A DNA stretch of 51,662 bases from the NCBI RefSeq assembly GCF_006345805.1, contig NW_021834211.1, positions 1 through 51,662 on the forward strand, in the 5' to 3' direction. How positions within the stretch are numbered: position 1 is the first letter of the stretch; every line of letters begins with the position of its first letter. Below, piece after piece: positions 1-14,079 of this stretch. Position numbers and translations under genes: made by a program. The notes under the pieces are model-generated. The model ran no database searches. It saw only the letters and a list, made by a program, of their open reading frames with translations, and had not been told where the DNA came from. Source of the stretch: Octopus sinensis. Taxonomy: Eukaryota.

Positions 1-314
1 CTACTATCTGTCATCTATCTATCTATCTATCTATCATATATCTATCTATCTATCTCATCTATCTATCTGTCATCTATCTTCTATCTATATACATACATAC
101 ATAGGAAAATCATGTTGAACCCAAGTTTGTTCCCTCCGTACGTTCCACCATTGTGTTAATTTGCTACATCAGTATCGGATGTTCCAAATGCAACATCATA
201 CATCTTTACGTACATACATACATACAGACACACACACACACACACAAACATACATATATACATACATACATACATACATATATACATACAAACATACATA
301 CATACATACATACA

Positions 315-347
<33 letters not shown>

Positions 348-384
348 CCATACATCATCTATTCATACATACTATATATTTTTG

Positions 385-970
385 TGCTAGTTGTAACATG
401 TGATACAGTTCCACCTGTTTCGCAATCGTTTTAACAGTAACTGAAGGAGCATCCCACCAGGCCAAATTCCTGATATGGATGACTAGAAGTCCTGCAAACA
501 AACGCTTTCGTGAAAACAGATGACTCAGTATAAGGACCACGACCATCTTGCAATCGTCTGCAGGGACAAAGGGTTGAATACTAGCACTTATCAGGTCAGA
601 CATGTTTGGGGCTGTTGGATCCTAGTTCTTGTCCGAACATGATTAGGAGAAAGGAATTCGTATAACATGGTGCAATCTTTGTGCTGACCATACTTTTTTG
701 TGAGTGACACTAGGAAGCTAAAGGCTAAGGATGAAAAGCCAAAGCGATAAACTGTCTCAGCTTCCAGTAGCTTTCCAACATAATATATTTCGAGGCGCTG
801 GAATGAGAAAGTCATTTGCTCTATAGACTTCGCGGTGAGGGTTCTGGTATTAGGAAAATCACAACGAAACAGATTTTATAAACCTAGGTGGAGTGGGCCT
901 TGTTGCTGAAGTTAGGATGTCACGAATGTCTTCCACAATAAAATGCAGGTGTTTCGGTGGTTTCGTTGAT
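385..970 (+). mobile_element. Possible highly decayed Gypsy-type LTR retrotransposon integrase fragment
   Basis: Broken reading frames. ~825-905 reads DFAVRVLVLGKSQRNRFYKPRWSGPC, resembling the integrase C-terminal PRWxGPY/F motif; upstream SYNMVQSLC*PYFF resembles AYNxxxHxxxxxxPYFL. Many stops. Confidence 0.3.
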
Positions 971-1049
971 ACCTACCTACCTATACATACATACATACAT
1001 ACATGAAGTTGTATATATGTTATGCCGCCACACGCATCAGTGAATGTTC

Positions 1050-1336
1050 ATGGCTCAGTGGTTAGAACGCCGAACTTACGACTGCGAGTTTGCGTGTCCG
1101 ATTCCCGGACCGGGCTGCATGTTTCAGTTCACTCAACTGTAGAAATGAGTTGCAACGTCACTGATGCCAAGCTGTATCGGCCTTGCCTTCCCCTTAGATA
1201 ACACTGGTGGAATGGAGAGGGGAGGCTGATAAGCATGGGTGACTGCTGGTCTTTCATAAACAACCTTGCCCGGACTTGTGCCTGGGATTGTAACTTTCTG
1301 GGTCAATCCCATGGTCATTCATGACCGAAGGTCTCC
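1050..1336 (+). mobile_element. tRNA-headed SINE, family C
   Basis: A box TGGCTCAGTGG, B-box-like GTCCGATTCCC, ~290 bp body, followed by (TA)n. Confidence 0.7.
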
Positions 1337-1341
1337 ACACG

Positions 1342-1384
<43 letters not shown>

Positions 1385-1583
1385 TATATATATATATACG
1401 ATAGATATAAATAGATAGACAAACACATACATAAACACGAATCAAAATATCACTATATATGTGTTTGTGTGCATGATTGCGTGTGTGTGTGTGTCAGTGT
1501 GTATGTGTGTGTATGCGCGTGGGAGGGAGGGTGTCAGTGGGTGTGTACCATGTTATATGCAAATATAAACGTAAGTTTATATA

Positions 1584-2450
1584 CAAGATGCGATACGTAA
1601 ATTGTCGCCATTTTATAATTTTTTATTTCGCGCATTGTTTGATTTTAATTTCGTTGACTACACAGTGTAGTGGGGTCAGTTGAGCACTGTCTGTGAGAAA
1701 AGCAGCACAATGACGTAATTCACTCTGCCAGAAATTTGGACACGACATAATGTACGGCTTGGTATTCGCGCCAGAAGCTCCAATACGAACATTTCAGAAT
1801 GTTTGGATGTCAATCTGAGGACTGATTGTTCCCAAAGCATATACCAAAATCAAACATCCAGTCAACATCATGCTGTTCGTTTTTCTTTGATTTGTTGGCG
1901 ATCGTTAGCCTCTATAATCTTCCTAAACAGCTCCAGACTGAACACGGAGGCCAACATCTTGTGCCTAGCGGAGTAAAGCTGCCCTGGTTCAAGAGAGTGG
2001 CTGCTAGAAGACTCTACGTCTGGCAAAAGGACTCTGCACTATGCTACACAAGTAGGAGAAGACAGTCATGGCGCTCAGACAATTTCTGTGACCACATCTG
2101 CTCTAACATTTAGCCATTTAACTCTACACACTGCAACTCTCTTAGTTATTATGTGTGGGGCGCAGTTGAGCGAAAGACCAACAAAACTCCTTGTAACACC
2201 AAAGATGAACTGAAGGCAAGGATTATGGCAGCATTCACCAACTTAAACAAGGAGACCGCCCAGAAGACTTGCAGGAGATTCCGAAGTCATGGCCGTAGTC
2301 GAGGTCAAAGGCGATATTATTGAATAAATTGACTTTTTAGTATTTCAAGATAGTTTTCTGTAATTTTGGTAAATATATGTGTTATAATGAGATGTCAGTG
2401 TTATTTTCATTTTTGTGTAATTTAGACGACAATTTATTAACCACACCCTG
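1584..2450 (+). mobile_element. Internally deleted Tc1/mariner element, DD37D (maT) type, pseudogenised transposase
   Basis: Imperfect ~26-bp TIRs (caagatgcgatacgtaaattgtcgcc / gacgacaatttattaaccacaccctg) flanked by TA. Reads WQKDSALCYTSRRRQSWRSDNFCDHICSNI*PFNSTHCNSLSYYVWGAVERKTNKTPCNTKDELKARIMAAF; 37 residues lie between the second D and the decayed third-D position. Confidence 0.88.
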
Positions 2451-2559
2451 TACGTGTATATGCTTACACATCAATATTTTAAAACATGTAAACATATAGA
2501 ATATGCAAATAATTATGTTTATTATATATGTAAATATATATAGTAAGAAATATATATAA

Positions 2560-2760
2560 TCATACTTTGCTTTATTTAAAGCAGCAGAGAATTCAACAAA
2601 ACCTGTTACTCTGAGTTTCCCGTTGCCGTTCATCGGACAGTTTTTGCTAGAACAGGTTTTGTTGAATTCTCTGCTGCTTTAAATAAAGGATATTACTCCT
2701 ACCACTGGTATTTGAGTACTCTTTTTTCCACCTTGTTTCACATTTATGTGTTTACTCCGG
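2560..2760. mobile_element. Penelope-like pseudo-LTR remnant with 38-bp perfect inverted repeat
   Basis: Arms 2570-2607 and 2651-2688 are exact reverse complements. A hammerhead motif lies in the loop, and both flanks are TA-rich. Confidence 0.65.
2603..2640 (-). ncRNA. Minimal type I hammerhead ribozyme motif (U4C core variant)
   Basis: Minus strand reads ctgt-CCGATGA-acg gcaa cgg-GAAAC-tcaga-GTA-acag: stem I ctgt/acag, stem II with a GCAA loop, short stem III, GUA cleavage triplet. Confidence 0.6.
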
Positions 2761-3552
2761 TATATATAATCATATAAATATCTATCTATATGCTTATATT
2801 ATACATGTGTAGATACGCAGACACACACACAAATATATATATACACATATACATACACAAATATATATGTACACACACATATATATATATACAAATATAT
2901 ATATATTCATATACAAAAGTTAGTGTATGTGTAAGCCCATGTATATGCATGCTTGTGTGTTTCTTGTGTGTGTTCGTATGTATGTGTGTGTGCGCGTCTA
3001 TGTGTATGTATGTTTGTGTGTGTGTGTGTGTGTGTGTGTGAGTGTGAGTGTGTGTGTGTGTGGATGTTACGAGTAAGTTACTTTGTAAATGGAATCAGCT
3101 GTGTAGCTGAAATACTTTTATAAAACACAAAACTCTTCGACTGCGTCAGCTTCAGTACTTAAGTAGTACTATTCACGTGTTTGCTTGGAAGTTAGGTATT
3201 TATTAAAGAAATACGTCTTATTAATGGCTACACACACACACAAATATATATATATATATATGTACATCTACAACGTATATATTAATATAAAATCATACAT
3301 ATAAATAGATACATATAGATACGCATATATATATACATGTTTATAGATATACATGTATCCATATTTCTATATGTATGGGTATATATAATTATATATATAT
3401 ATATATATAGACATACATATTCATATATAATTTCGTATTCATATAGATACTCTCAAATGTAAATATATATACATATATTTTACGCATATATAAACGTATA
3501 TTTACATATTGAAAGACTGAAAGATAGATAGATGGATAGATAGATACACATG

Positions 3553-3597
<45 letters not shown>

Positions 3598-3649
3598 ACA
3601 CACGCTCACTAAGTGACACACACACACACACACTCACACACTCTCACAT

Positions 3650-3955
3650 ATCTCCTTGCCTTTCAGTATTTCATTGACTAGTCCCTGACCATGTTGGTGC
3701 ATCGTGTTGAAGTTTCTCGTCGAACATTCGATCCTGGTACTTAATTGAAAAGATTGTAATTATTCTAACGGTCCCATTTGCCGAACTGTTTATCTTACGG
3801 GATGTAAACAATGCAATATCTGTTATCAGGCGTTCGTGGGTGGGGGTGTCAAACACTAAAGAAAAACACAAGCACTTGAATGCACACACACGCACATATA
3901 TACACATATATATATATATACATATATACATATTATTTATTATATATATTATATT

Positions 3956-3992
<37 letters not shown>

Positions 3993-4336
3993 GTATACAT
4001 ACATATATATACACATATACATATATATACACATATACATATATATACATATATTAACACATACATGTGTACACATATACATATATACACATATATATAT
4101 ACACATTTACATATATATATACCTATATCTATACATACATACATATATATACACATATATCTATACATACATACATATATATATACACATATATCTATAC
4201 ATACATACATATATATATACACATATATCTATACATACATACATATATATATACACATATATCTATACATACATATATACACATATATCTATACATGCAT
4301 ACATACATATATAACTCATATCTATAACACACATAA

Positions 4337-4411
<75 letters not shown>

Positions 4412-4570
4412 TTGGCTTCAATAGAGTTTTCATCAACATCGCACTCACTCATGAGGTATTGGTCGTTTGTGTCTATTGTAGAAGTCACCCGTCTCAGTTC
4501 CCCCGCAGTCAGTCTCGACTCGAAACCACGTGGTTATAAAAGGCGCTTCTTAACTGCATAGCCATGCCTC
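3650..4570 (-). mobile_element. Old, diverged family A SINE with a ~530-bp expanded internal (TA/CA) microsatellite
   Basis: Degenerate tail half 3650-3870 and head half 4410-4570 are collinear with younger family A copies. Confidence 0.6.
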
Positions 4571-4884
4571 GGTAAGTGTTGAATATTTTACCACCCCTAA
4601 ATGCTCAGTCCCGCTCAGTGCAGTTTTAACTTAAGACTAGAAGTCGTCTGTGCATGGAAATTTGCCTTCCCTGCATCACCACCATTGCCCAACGAAGCGT
4701 TCTTTTTTGGTAAAATCCCTCACAGCTTGGCACTATGGTCCATGAAGGCTTTAAGGTCGGTACCAGATTACTCGTACTGGCTACTCCGTCGGTTACCACG
4801 ACGTAAGCACACCAGCATCGGTCGCCAAGCGATACTGGGGTACAAACACAGACAAACAAACATATATATATACACACACACACA

Positions 4885-4915
<31 letters not shown>

Positions 4916-5042
4916 TACGACAGGCTTCTTTCAGTTTCTGTCTACCAAATCCACTCACAAGGCTTTGGTTATAGTAGAAGACACTTGCCCAAGGTGCCAC
5001 GCGGTGAGACTGAATTCGGAACCATGTGGTCTAGAAGGAGGT

Positions 5043-5345
5043 TCACTCCGTCGGTTACCACGAAGAAAGTTGCAGTCGATCTAACCAACGGAACAGCCTG
5101 CTCGTGAAGTTAACTTGTAAGTGGCTGAGTACTCTACAGACATGTGCACCGTTAACATAGTTTTCAGGGAGATTCCGCATGACACAGAGTGTGATAAGGC
5201 TGGCCCCTTGAAATACAGGCACCACTCATTTTTGCCAGCTAAGTGGACAGGAGCAACGTGAAATAAAGTGTCTTGCTCAAGGACACAGTACGCCATCAGG
5301 AATCGAACCCAGGACCGTGAGCCGAATACCTCTAACCATTAAGCT
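5043..5345 (-). mobile_element. tRNA-headed SINE, family D
   Basis: Reverse-complement match to the copy at 25308-25639; B box GGTTCGATTCC on the minus strand. Confidence 0.75.
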
Positions 5346-5714
5346 AGTACACTACAAGAAGATCCCTTAATCCATCGCTCTGAATTGTTATCACTGGGAT
5401 TTGAACTTAGAACGTTGTCAGAACTGCCAAAATAGACATACTCTGGTACTTTCTTATTACCGAGAGCCAAATTCTTTTATTTCTTAGAGGATAAATAAAC
5501 AAACTCCTAGTCTCTTGCCCTTTTCCTTTTCCATGAAGTAGTGATGGTTTTTCCGAAAGTTTGTTCATTGACTGACCGTTACACCTGCCTCACTGGTGTA
5601 ACAGTTTATGTAGGAAAAAGAAATAATAATAATTGGCTGTCTAAATATGAAAGAACTCATGCTTCTTCTCCACCATCCTATCTCATCACTGTTATATTAA
5701 TTCGCAATATTTTC

Positions 5715-6140
5715 CTGAACTGGCAGAATCTTTAGCACGCCAGGCAAACTGTTGAGCAACAATTGATTGGTCTTTACGTTCTGAGTTCAAATTCTGCCGA
5801 GGTCACCTTTAGATATCATGCTTTCGGGGTCGATAAAATAAGCACCAGTTGAAAACTTGGGTTGCCTTAATCGACTTAACGCCATTCGAAATTGCTGACT
5901 TTCTGACAAAATTTGAAACCAATATTTTACTAAATCGATACTATTGTAAGTTACACCGGACAAAATGCGTAGCAGCATTTCGTAGGTTTTTACATTCTGT
6001 GCTCAAATCCTCCTGAGCTCGACTTTGCCTTTCATCGTTTCGGAGTCGATAAAATAAGTACCAATTGAAAATACTATCGATGTAATCGACTTAATCCCCA
6101 CCATAAGCATTGCTGGTCTTGTGCCAAAATATGAGAACAA
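5715..6140 (+). mobile_element. Two degenerate family B SINE copies
   Basis: Share gttctgagttcaaattc...gactttgcctttcatc.tttcggggtcgataaa with the full copy at 32267. Confidence 0.65.
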
Positions 6141-6187
6141 TATTTTGCTGAATCGACTTTCAACTGGATGTGAACCTCCTCCTAGAC

Positions 6188-6530
6188 CGAGTTCAGTCCC
6201 ACTGCGTGGCACCTTGGGTAAGTGTCTTCTACTATAGCCGTGGGCCAACCAAAGCCTTGTGAGTGGCTTTGGTAGACGGAAATCAAAAGAGGTCCGTCGT
6301 GTCTGTATATATATGTTTGTGTGTCTGTGTTTGTCTCCCCAGCATCGCTTGACGTCCGATGCTGGTGCGTTAACGTCCCTGTAACTTAGGGGTTCGGCAA
6401 AAGAGATCAATAGAATAAGTACTAGGCTTACAAAGAATACGTTCTGGGGTTGATTTAATCGACTAAAGGCGGTGCTCCAGCATAGCCGCAGTCAAATGAC
6501 TGAAACAAGATAAAGAACAAAAGAAAAAAA
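6188..6530 (+). mobile_element. Family A SINE, 5'-truncated
   Basis: gttcagtcccactgcgtggcaccttggg...gactgaaacaag, collinear with full-length copies. Confidence 0.85.
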
Positions 6531-7261
6531 AGTCTCCTTGCTATTTCATTATACGTTTTCTGCAATGATTTCACTCATTAATTTTGCAGTACTTTCCAAA
6601 GCAATGTGCCTCCCCTTCCCAGACAAATTAACCAGGTGTGAGAATTAGGTGTATTACCAGTTCATGATGTCGGTAGATCGGGTCATAAAATGCCCTGCAA
6701 TATTTCGTTGAGCCTATTTATATATATTCTAAGTTCTAATCCCGTCGCAGTTGAGTCTGAGATCCAATCATCGCAATGGTCGATGTAATCGTACCCCTGG
6801 AGTGCTCCGATCAGCTATTTTGCTACTCTGAACGTGTAGCCTTGCGCCTACTCTAGAAAACACCATGTGTGTGTGTGTGCGTTTACACAAACACACACAC
6901 GCACATATACACACAAACACACACATATACAGAAAGATGGTTATGCGTGTATATATAAATTCATGAACGTGTGTGAATTGGTGTGCGTGTGATAAGTACC
7001 TTGCTTACTAAACACGTTGTTTCGAGTTCATTCCCACAGCGTGGCACCTTGGGCAAGTGTCTTCTATTATAGCTTGTGAGTCTTGCGAGTGGATTTGGTA
7101 GACGGAAACTGAAAGAAGCCCGTCGTATATATGTATGTATATATTTGTGCGTCTGTGTTTGTCCCCCCAACATCGCTTGACAACCGATGCTGGTGTGTTT
7201 ACATTCCCGTAACTTAGCGATTATACATTTGTGTACATACATCCACACACACACACACCTA

Positions 7262-7311
<50 letters not shown>

Positions 7312-7701
7312 ACATATATATACACATATATATATCCATACATATATATACACATATATATCCATACATATATATACACATATATATCCATACATATATA
7401 TACACATATATATCCATACATATATATACACATATATATATTCATATATATATATATATGTATACATATATATGTACATATATATACACATATATATATA
7501 TATACATACATACATTATATATATGCACATATATATATATGTATGCACACACACACGCGCACATATGCATATATGGTTACAGGACGTCATCAACAGTAAA
7601 CAACATGAAATACGAAAACAAATGAGTTCAAGACGCAAACAACCAGAGAAAGAAATGATACATAAATGCATTTATACACACACACACGCACACACACACA
7701 T

Positions 7702-7737
<36 letters not shown>

Positions 7738-8365
7738 ATTCTCAGATTAATAGCATGCGCTAAAACAGACCATTAACATTTAGTTATACACGCGCGCGCG
7801 CGTGTGTGTGTGTGTGTGTGTGAACGTATGCGTTTGTGAGCCGTGCTTGTGTGTAGTAGAATGGACGCTGTTTATTATGATGATAGATAATAATAATATA
7901 GACCGGTTACTATCGCAAACAGTTTTTCAAAAATTGATCACAGTAAGTTGCTTTTTTAACAGGTTTATTCACAAGCGTGTGTGTACGTGTGCGCGTATAT
8001 ATTTATATGGTCTTATTTTAAATTTTGTCTATGGTCCATCGCCACAGATATATGCACTCGCAGACACACTCACACACATATATGCATTCATATATATGTA
8101 TACTACATTTAAAATATAGAGCGCGAGACACGGACAGACAAACAGACAGATAGGTAGTTAGATGAGATAGACAGATAGATAGAGAGATCGCTAGCTAGCT
8201 AGATAGCTAGAGAGATGGATAGCTAGAGAGATAGATATGTTTCTTTATTAGCCACACAGGGCTGCACACAGACAGGACAAATTACAAGGTAGAGCTTTTC
8301 TTTTGGGGATAAAAAAAGGGGGTTTGGTTTTCGATCAAAAGGTATAGAGAGATAGATAGAAAGAG

Positions 8366-8431
<66 letters not shown>

Positions 8432-8504
8432 ACAGCCAGATAAATAGGTAGATGGATAGATAGATGTGTTTATGTAAGTGTGTATATTCCAGCGTGTGTG
8501 TGTG

Positions 8505-8536
<32 letters not shown>

Positions 8537-9060
8537 GTTAAAACATAGTCAAAATCAAAGTCTCTCTCGGACCTTTAAGGCCCATCAGGACAGAATTGAT
8601 CCTGTTTTTTTCTTTTTACGTAACTGAAAGTTTTAAAACTTCTATCTAACAAGGACACGAGTCCGTTGTAGTTTTCAGCTGAGAGAGAAAGAGAGTCACG
8701 TTTAATAAAGCACCTTGCTGATGGTCAAAGATTGTAACCCGCAACTTAAAAAATGTGAAGCACAATACTCGATCCCCTGCACCATGCCCCTCGCACGCAC
8801 ACACACACACAAACGCGCGCGCGTGTAAACATACACGCATGCTTATTCATGCAAAATACCGCCAAACATAGTGATACGCGCACACACACACTGTATACAT
8901 TCACAAGCAACCCTTCGGTATTAGCACACAACATCGATCACCCACTCAACCGTCCCTGATGACATATATAAAAAGGTTAAGCTGAAAAAAGAGGCGACAT
9001 TCTGTAGACCAATATCGAAGGGTCAAGCATATAATAAGATGTTTTCTACTCTAGGCACTC

Positions 9061-9129
<69 letters not shown>

Positions 9130-10093
9130 GACAAGCTTCTTTCAGTTTTCGTTTACCAAATCCACTCACAAGGCTTTAATCGGCCCAAGGCTATAGTAGA
9201 AGACACTTGCCCAAGGTGCCACGCAGTGGGACTGAACTCGGGACCATGCGATTCGTAAGCAAGCTTCTTACCACACAGCCACGCCTGCGCCTATATAACC
9301 CACAGACATTTTGCCAAATTATTCACCAAACTCATACACAACGTTTGACAGCTTGGCGATATTAGCTTCTCTCTTTACCTCCCTCTCTGTCTGCCTGTGT
9401 GTTTGTATGTCTCAGTCGATATCCAACTCCGGACTATATCCAAGTTATCGTCCCAGTCTACATGAAATCTAGTGTATTGTGTGTGTGTTTACGTGCGCGC
9501 ACACACATACACAATTACACGGGCTGGATATAGGCGCGTTCATCTAGACGCAATATGTACAGTCATACACATACAGTCGCATACATACATACAAAAGGCA
9601 CACGCACATAAGCACACAGACATACAATCACACACACACACACAGATTATTACATAAAGAGATACACAACTATAACCACATATGCACACACACTCACACA
9701 CACACACATAGATTATTACATGAAAACACATACACATAGAAACACACACATACAGACAAATATTCATACAGATACCTACACTGGCATACAATCACACACA
9801 CTTAGATTATTAATAAAAACATATACACAACTATAGCCACATACATATATACACACATAAATTATTACATGAAAACATATACACATGTTTGTGTGTCTGT
9901 GTTTGTCCCCCCAACATCGCTTGACAACCGAAGCTGGTGTGTTTACGTCCCCGTAACTTAGCGGTTCGGCAAAAAAAGACCGATAAAATAAGTACTAGGC
10001 TTACAAAGAATAAGTCCTGGGGTCGATTTGCTCGACTAAAGGCGGTGCTATAGCATGGCCGCAGTCAATTGACTGAAACAAGTAAAAGAGTAA

Positions 10094-10148
<55 letters not shown>

Positions 10149-10804
10149 ATACCCCCGTCCTTAGCGGTTCGGCAAAAGGGGCCGATAGAATAAGTATTAG
10201 GCTTACAAAGAATAAGTCCTGGCTCGATTCGCTCGACTAAAGGCGGTGCTCCAGCATGGCCTCAGTCTGAAACAAGTAAAATAGCAAAAGAGTATAGAAA
10301 CACACACACACACATACAAACAAATACACACACATTTACACACACAGGCATACCGTGACACACACGTATGTTATTGCACTAAAACACATACACACAAATT
10401 TACACACACACGCACGCAGACATACACACATACACATTACTATCACGTATAATCTTACGCAGTGAAACACACACACACATAAACACGCGCACATACACAC
10501 ACATTCATTCATTCACTCAATCACACGAAAAATCACGCACGCATTCGTATACATAAATTCACACGTACACACGCATATAGACACACATACACACGCATAC
10601 ACATTCAGACTCACAAACACATACATACAAACAGAAAACACGAAGACAGGTATACACGCAGGTACAAATAATGGCATACATACAAAGATTGATAGACACA
10701 ATCGCTGGCACACACAAATGTAAATACACAGAAGCACGTAGACACACACACACACACATGAACACACGATCACACTGAAATACACACACACATATATATA
10801 TACA

Positions 10805-11300
10805 AAATTACATTGAAATGCACGTACACATACATACACATACACAGTCACGCTGAAATACACACATACAGAGAATTAGACTGGAATGCACACACACACA
10901 CACACAGAATTACACAGAAATGCACACACACACATATACACACATTCACACACACACGCACACAGAAATATACACACACACACGCAGAGAATTACACAGA
11001 AATGCATACACACGCATACACGCACATAGAGTTACACTGAAAAGCACACACACACACACATACACACACAGGATTACACAGAAATGCTCTCACACACACA
11101 CACAGAATTACACTGAAATGCACACACATAGACTTAGAGAATTACACAGAAATGCACACACGCACGCAGAGTTACATTGAAATGCACATACACACACACA
11201 CAAGATTACACAGAATTGCATACACACACACACAGAGAATTACACTGAAATGCACACAGACACACGTACACACAGAATTACGCTGAAATGCAGACACAGA
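10805..11300. repeat. Compound minisatellite: gaattacac(a/t)gaaatgca core alternating with variable (CA)n tracts
   Basis: More than a dozen cores at roughly 30-40 bp spacing. Confidence 0.8.
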
Positions 11301-11814
11301 CACACACACACATAAAACGGAGACATACAATCAATAAAAAGCACACGAAGATACGCACACTCACGTACACAGCACACGTAAACACACTAATAAGGACGCA
11401 ACACAATGGCACTTACACACATACACACACAGATGTACGTACACAATTATACCAATTAAACGTACGCACTCATACACGCGCACATACAGACACACACTAT
11501 CAAGTTAAAAATGCAGACAAGATTTCGTCTCTCCAGGTCATTCACCTTATTCTTAAGTTCTGCTGCGAGGATGCGATGGGATCCCGCTGCGTAGCAGTCA
11601 AACGTCCCTTAATTTTGCACCCTACCGGTGTATATTTTAAAGGAACACCGGAGATTGGAGGCATGTTGAATGCTTTGAGTTTGAATAAAGCAAGACGGGA
11701 ATGGTCTCAGTTGAAACTCAGTTGATCTTTAGTTCACGGACTTTGGACCACATCAAAAATGGCTATTTTGGCTCCCAGACTGTTGGCGGGGAGGGGGGCA
11801 ACATACCTGTTGAA

Positions 11815-12345
11815 TGTTAAGCGATGCTTGGAGGGGGGCAAACTCAGACACACAAACAAACACACACATGCATATACATAGATCATATATATATATATAT
11901 ATGTATATATATACATATATACATACATATATACATACATATATATATTTTATATCTATTTATATTTATTTATTTATATCCTCTTATAATGATTATACTT
12001 ATTGTATTGTATTACACATTCATGTACGCTGTTTTGTTATATATTTTTATGTAGTGGTTTAATAAAGTATGTGATTGGGTATTATCTGGTAGTTGATAAA
12101 TGATTTAGATGTATTTCTCCATTTTCTTATTTTGTATATATACATATATATATATGTATGTATGTATATGCATATGTATATATACGACGGGCTTCTTTCA
12201 GTTTCTGTCTACCAAATCCACTCACAAGGCTTTGGTCGGCCTGAGGCTATAGTAGAAGACACCTTACCCAAGATGCCACGCAGTGAGATTGAACCCGGAA
12301 CCATGTGGTTGGTAAGCAGGCTAATTACCACACTGCCACTCCTGC
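11815..12345 (-). mobile_element. Family A SINE, interrupted internally by AT-rich sequence
   Basis: Head 12185-12345 and middle 11815-11870 match the family consensus seen elsewhere in the window. Confidence 0.8.
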
Positions 12346-13711
12346 ACATGTCCCTTTTTTTGTTTTGTTTTGTTTTGTTTTATGCCTTCTATGCGGCCAA
12401 GGGACCGGCAAATAGTCACGGATGTCCTTCTGACTGTTCTGGCTCCAGACTATTGGGGGCCAATATACCTGTTGAATCACATCCCTCTTATAAGACCTGC
12501 GCCCCTGCAAACTTAATAACAAGACACACGGGATCATAAGCTATTATGTCCCTGCTCATAGGAAATATGGTCATCAATGGAATGACCCTATTTCGATTAT
12601 TTATTTGCTCGATTGGGGATTATCTGAGGCTAACGGAACAACAACAACAACAACAACAACGACTAGCATCGCAAACTAGAGAACCCCTCTGGGGTCGCTG
12701 GATCTGCTAAAAGCAACAGTCAAATAAATCACCATTCACTTTTAAGAAAAAAAAATGTCGCGAAAGTCTTGTGAGTTAATTAAATACTTGATGATCATGG
12801 CGGGAACACATTTGATCATAGGTTTGCGCAATCAGAATTAAATGGGTGGGTGGGGTCGGTAGGGTGGTGGGTGGCGCTAAGCAACATCATTAACAAATCT
12901 CGAAACAGCTCCTACCGGATGTTTTTTCAATGTTCTTATGACCGTGTCACTTGTTGTAGTGTCCCTGATGTCATCTCTGAATGAGATGTCATCTGTTTGT
13001 GATATAATTATGACAGCTACTACAATAACTATCACGACGACGGTGGAGGCGGCAACAACAACTACATCATCAATAACAAACATCTGTTTCGATCCCTATG
13101 AAACGGGACTGCAGTCAAAGTGCATAAATGGGAATCAGTAGACGTTATGACCAGAAGTATAGTTCAAATAAATAAAAAAACACTAAACTGGCAATATGAC
13201 CATTCCTAAATACAACAATATCTGTTTCAACACACGATTTCACATCAAAAATCTTGCAAAACAAATATATAAACGTAATCAAAAAACACTGTTTTCGATC
13301 TTACTTATTCATTCGTTAAGCGATGTCTTTAATAAACTTGTGTCGGACAGCTAACTTCGAAAAGTCTCTCTGCTTCTTTTACTCGCCCTGTCTATCTTGG
13401 TCTACGTAGACATACATATATGCACACACACACATATATAACATGTATATATGACTATAGATGCATATACACACACACACACACATATATTTATATGTAT
13501 ATATACACAAACATATATAAACATATAGACATATATTTAAATGTTATAATGTTAATAGTAATTGCGTGTGTATGTATATATATATTTATATACAATAATA
13601 ATGATAATAATAATTGTGTGTGTATGTATATATATATATTTATACATATATAATGATATATAATAATAATGATAATAATAATTGTGTATGTGTGTATATA
13701 TATATATATAT

Positions 13712-14058
13712 CTGTCATCGTTGCCGGCCGGCATTTCATCGTGTGTCCGATAATTTATTTAGCTCCTTCTCGACTGCTTCTTTCTTTCTGTCCGCGTTTA
13801 TGCCTCTGATGACAAATGAGGCCGATTCCTATATGGAGGCGTCTATTCCAAAGTCCACAAGGGATCCGTGGCGGAGGCTTTGGTTGTTGGTTGTAAAACG
13901 TTATAGTAAATGTATGTACAAACGAACGGAAAAACAGACACAGAATGGCAAGTTGAAAAAACATATAAAAAATGTACAGGCGAACGGAAAACAGACGCAG
14001 AAGGTCACCAACATCTCATCAGTTATCGGCCAGAGGGTCAAACGCAATTTCGCGCCTT
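13712..14058 (-). mobile_element. (TA)n-embedded element with permuted hammerhead-like boxes (probable Penelope-like pLTR)
   Basis: Flanked both sides by (TA)n. Its left end recurs at 14765-14795, again next to (TA)n, and 13980-14058 is similar to 51583-51662. Confidence 0.5.
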
Positions 14059-14079
14059 TATATATATATATATATATAT

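Noticed and set aside
2590-2634. SECIS-like ATGA-N11-AAA-N21-GA spacing on minus
   Set aside because: The helix above the core does not pair; the hammerhead fold explains the sequence better.
12916-12992. Possible second exon on minus (DISFRDDIRDTTTSDTVIRTLKKHP), phase-compatible with the signal exon
   Set aside because: The acceptor lacks a polypyrimidine tract, the donor is weak (gtagga) and no domain is recognisable; it needs RNA-seq support.
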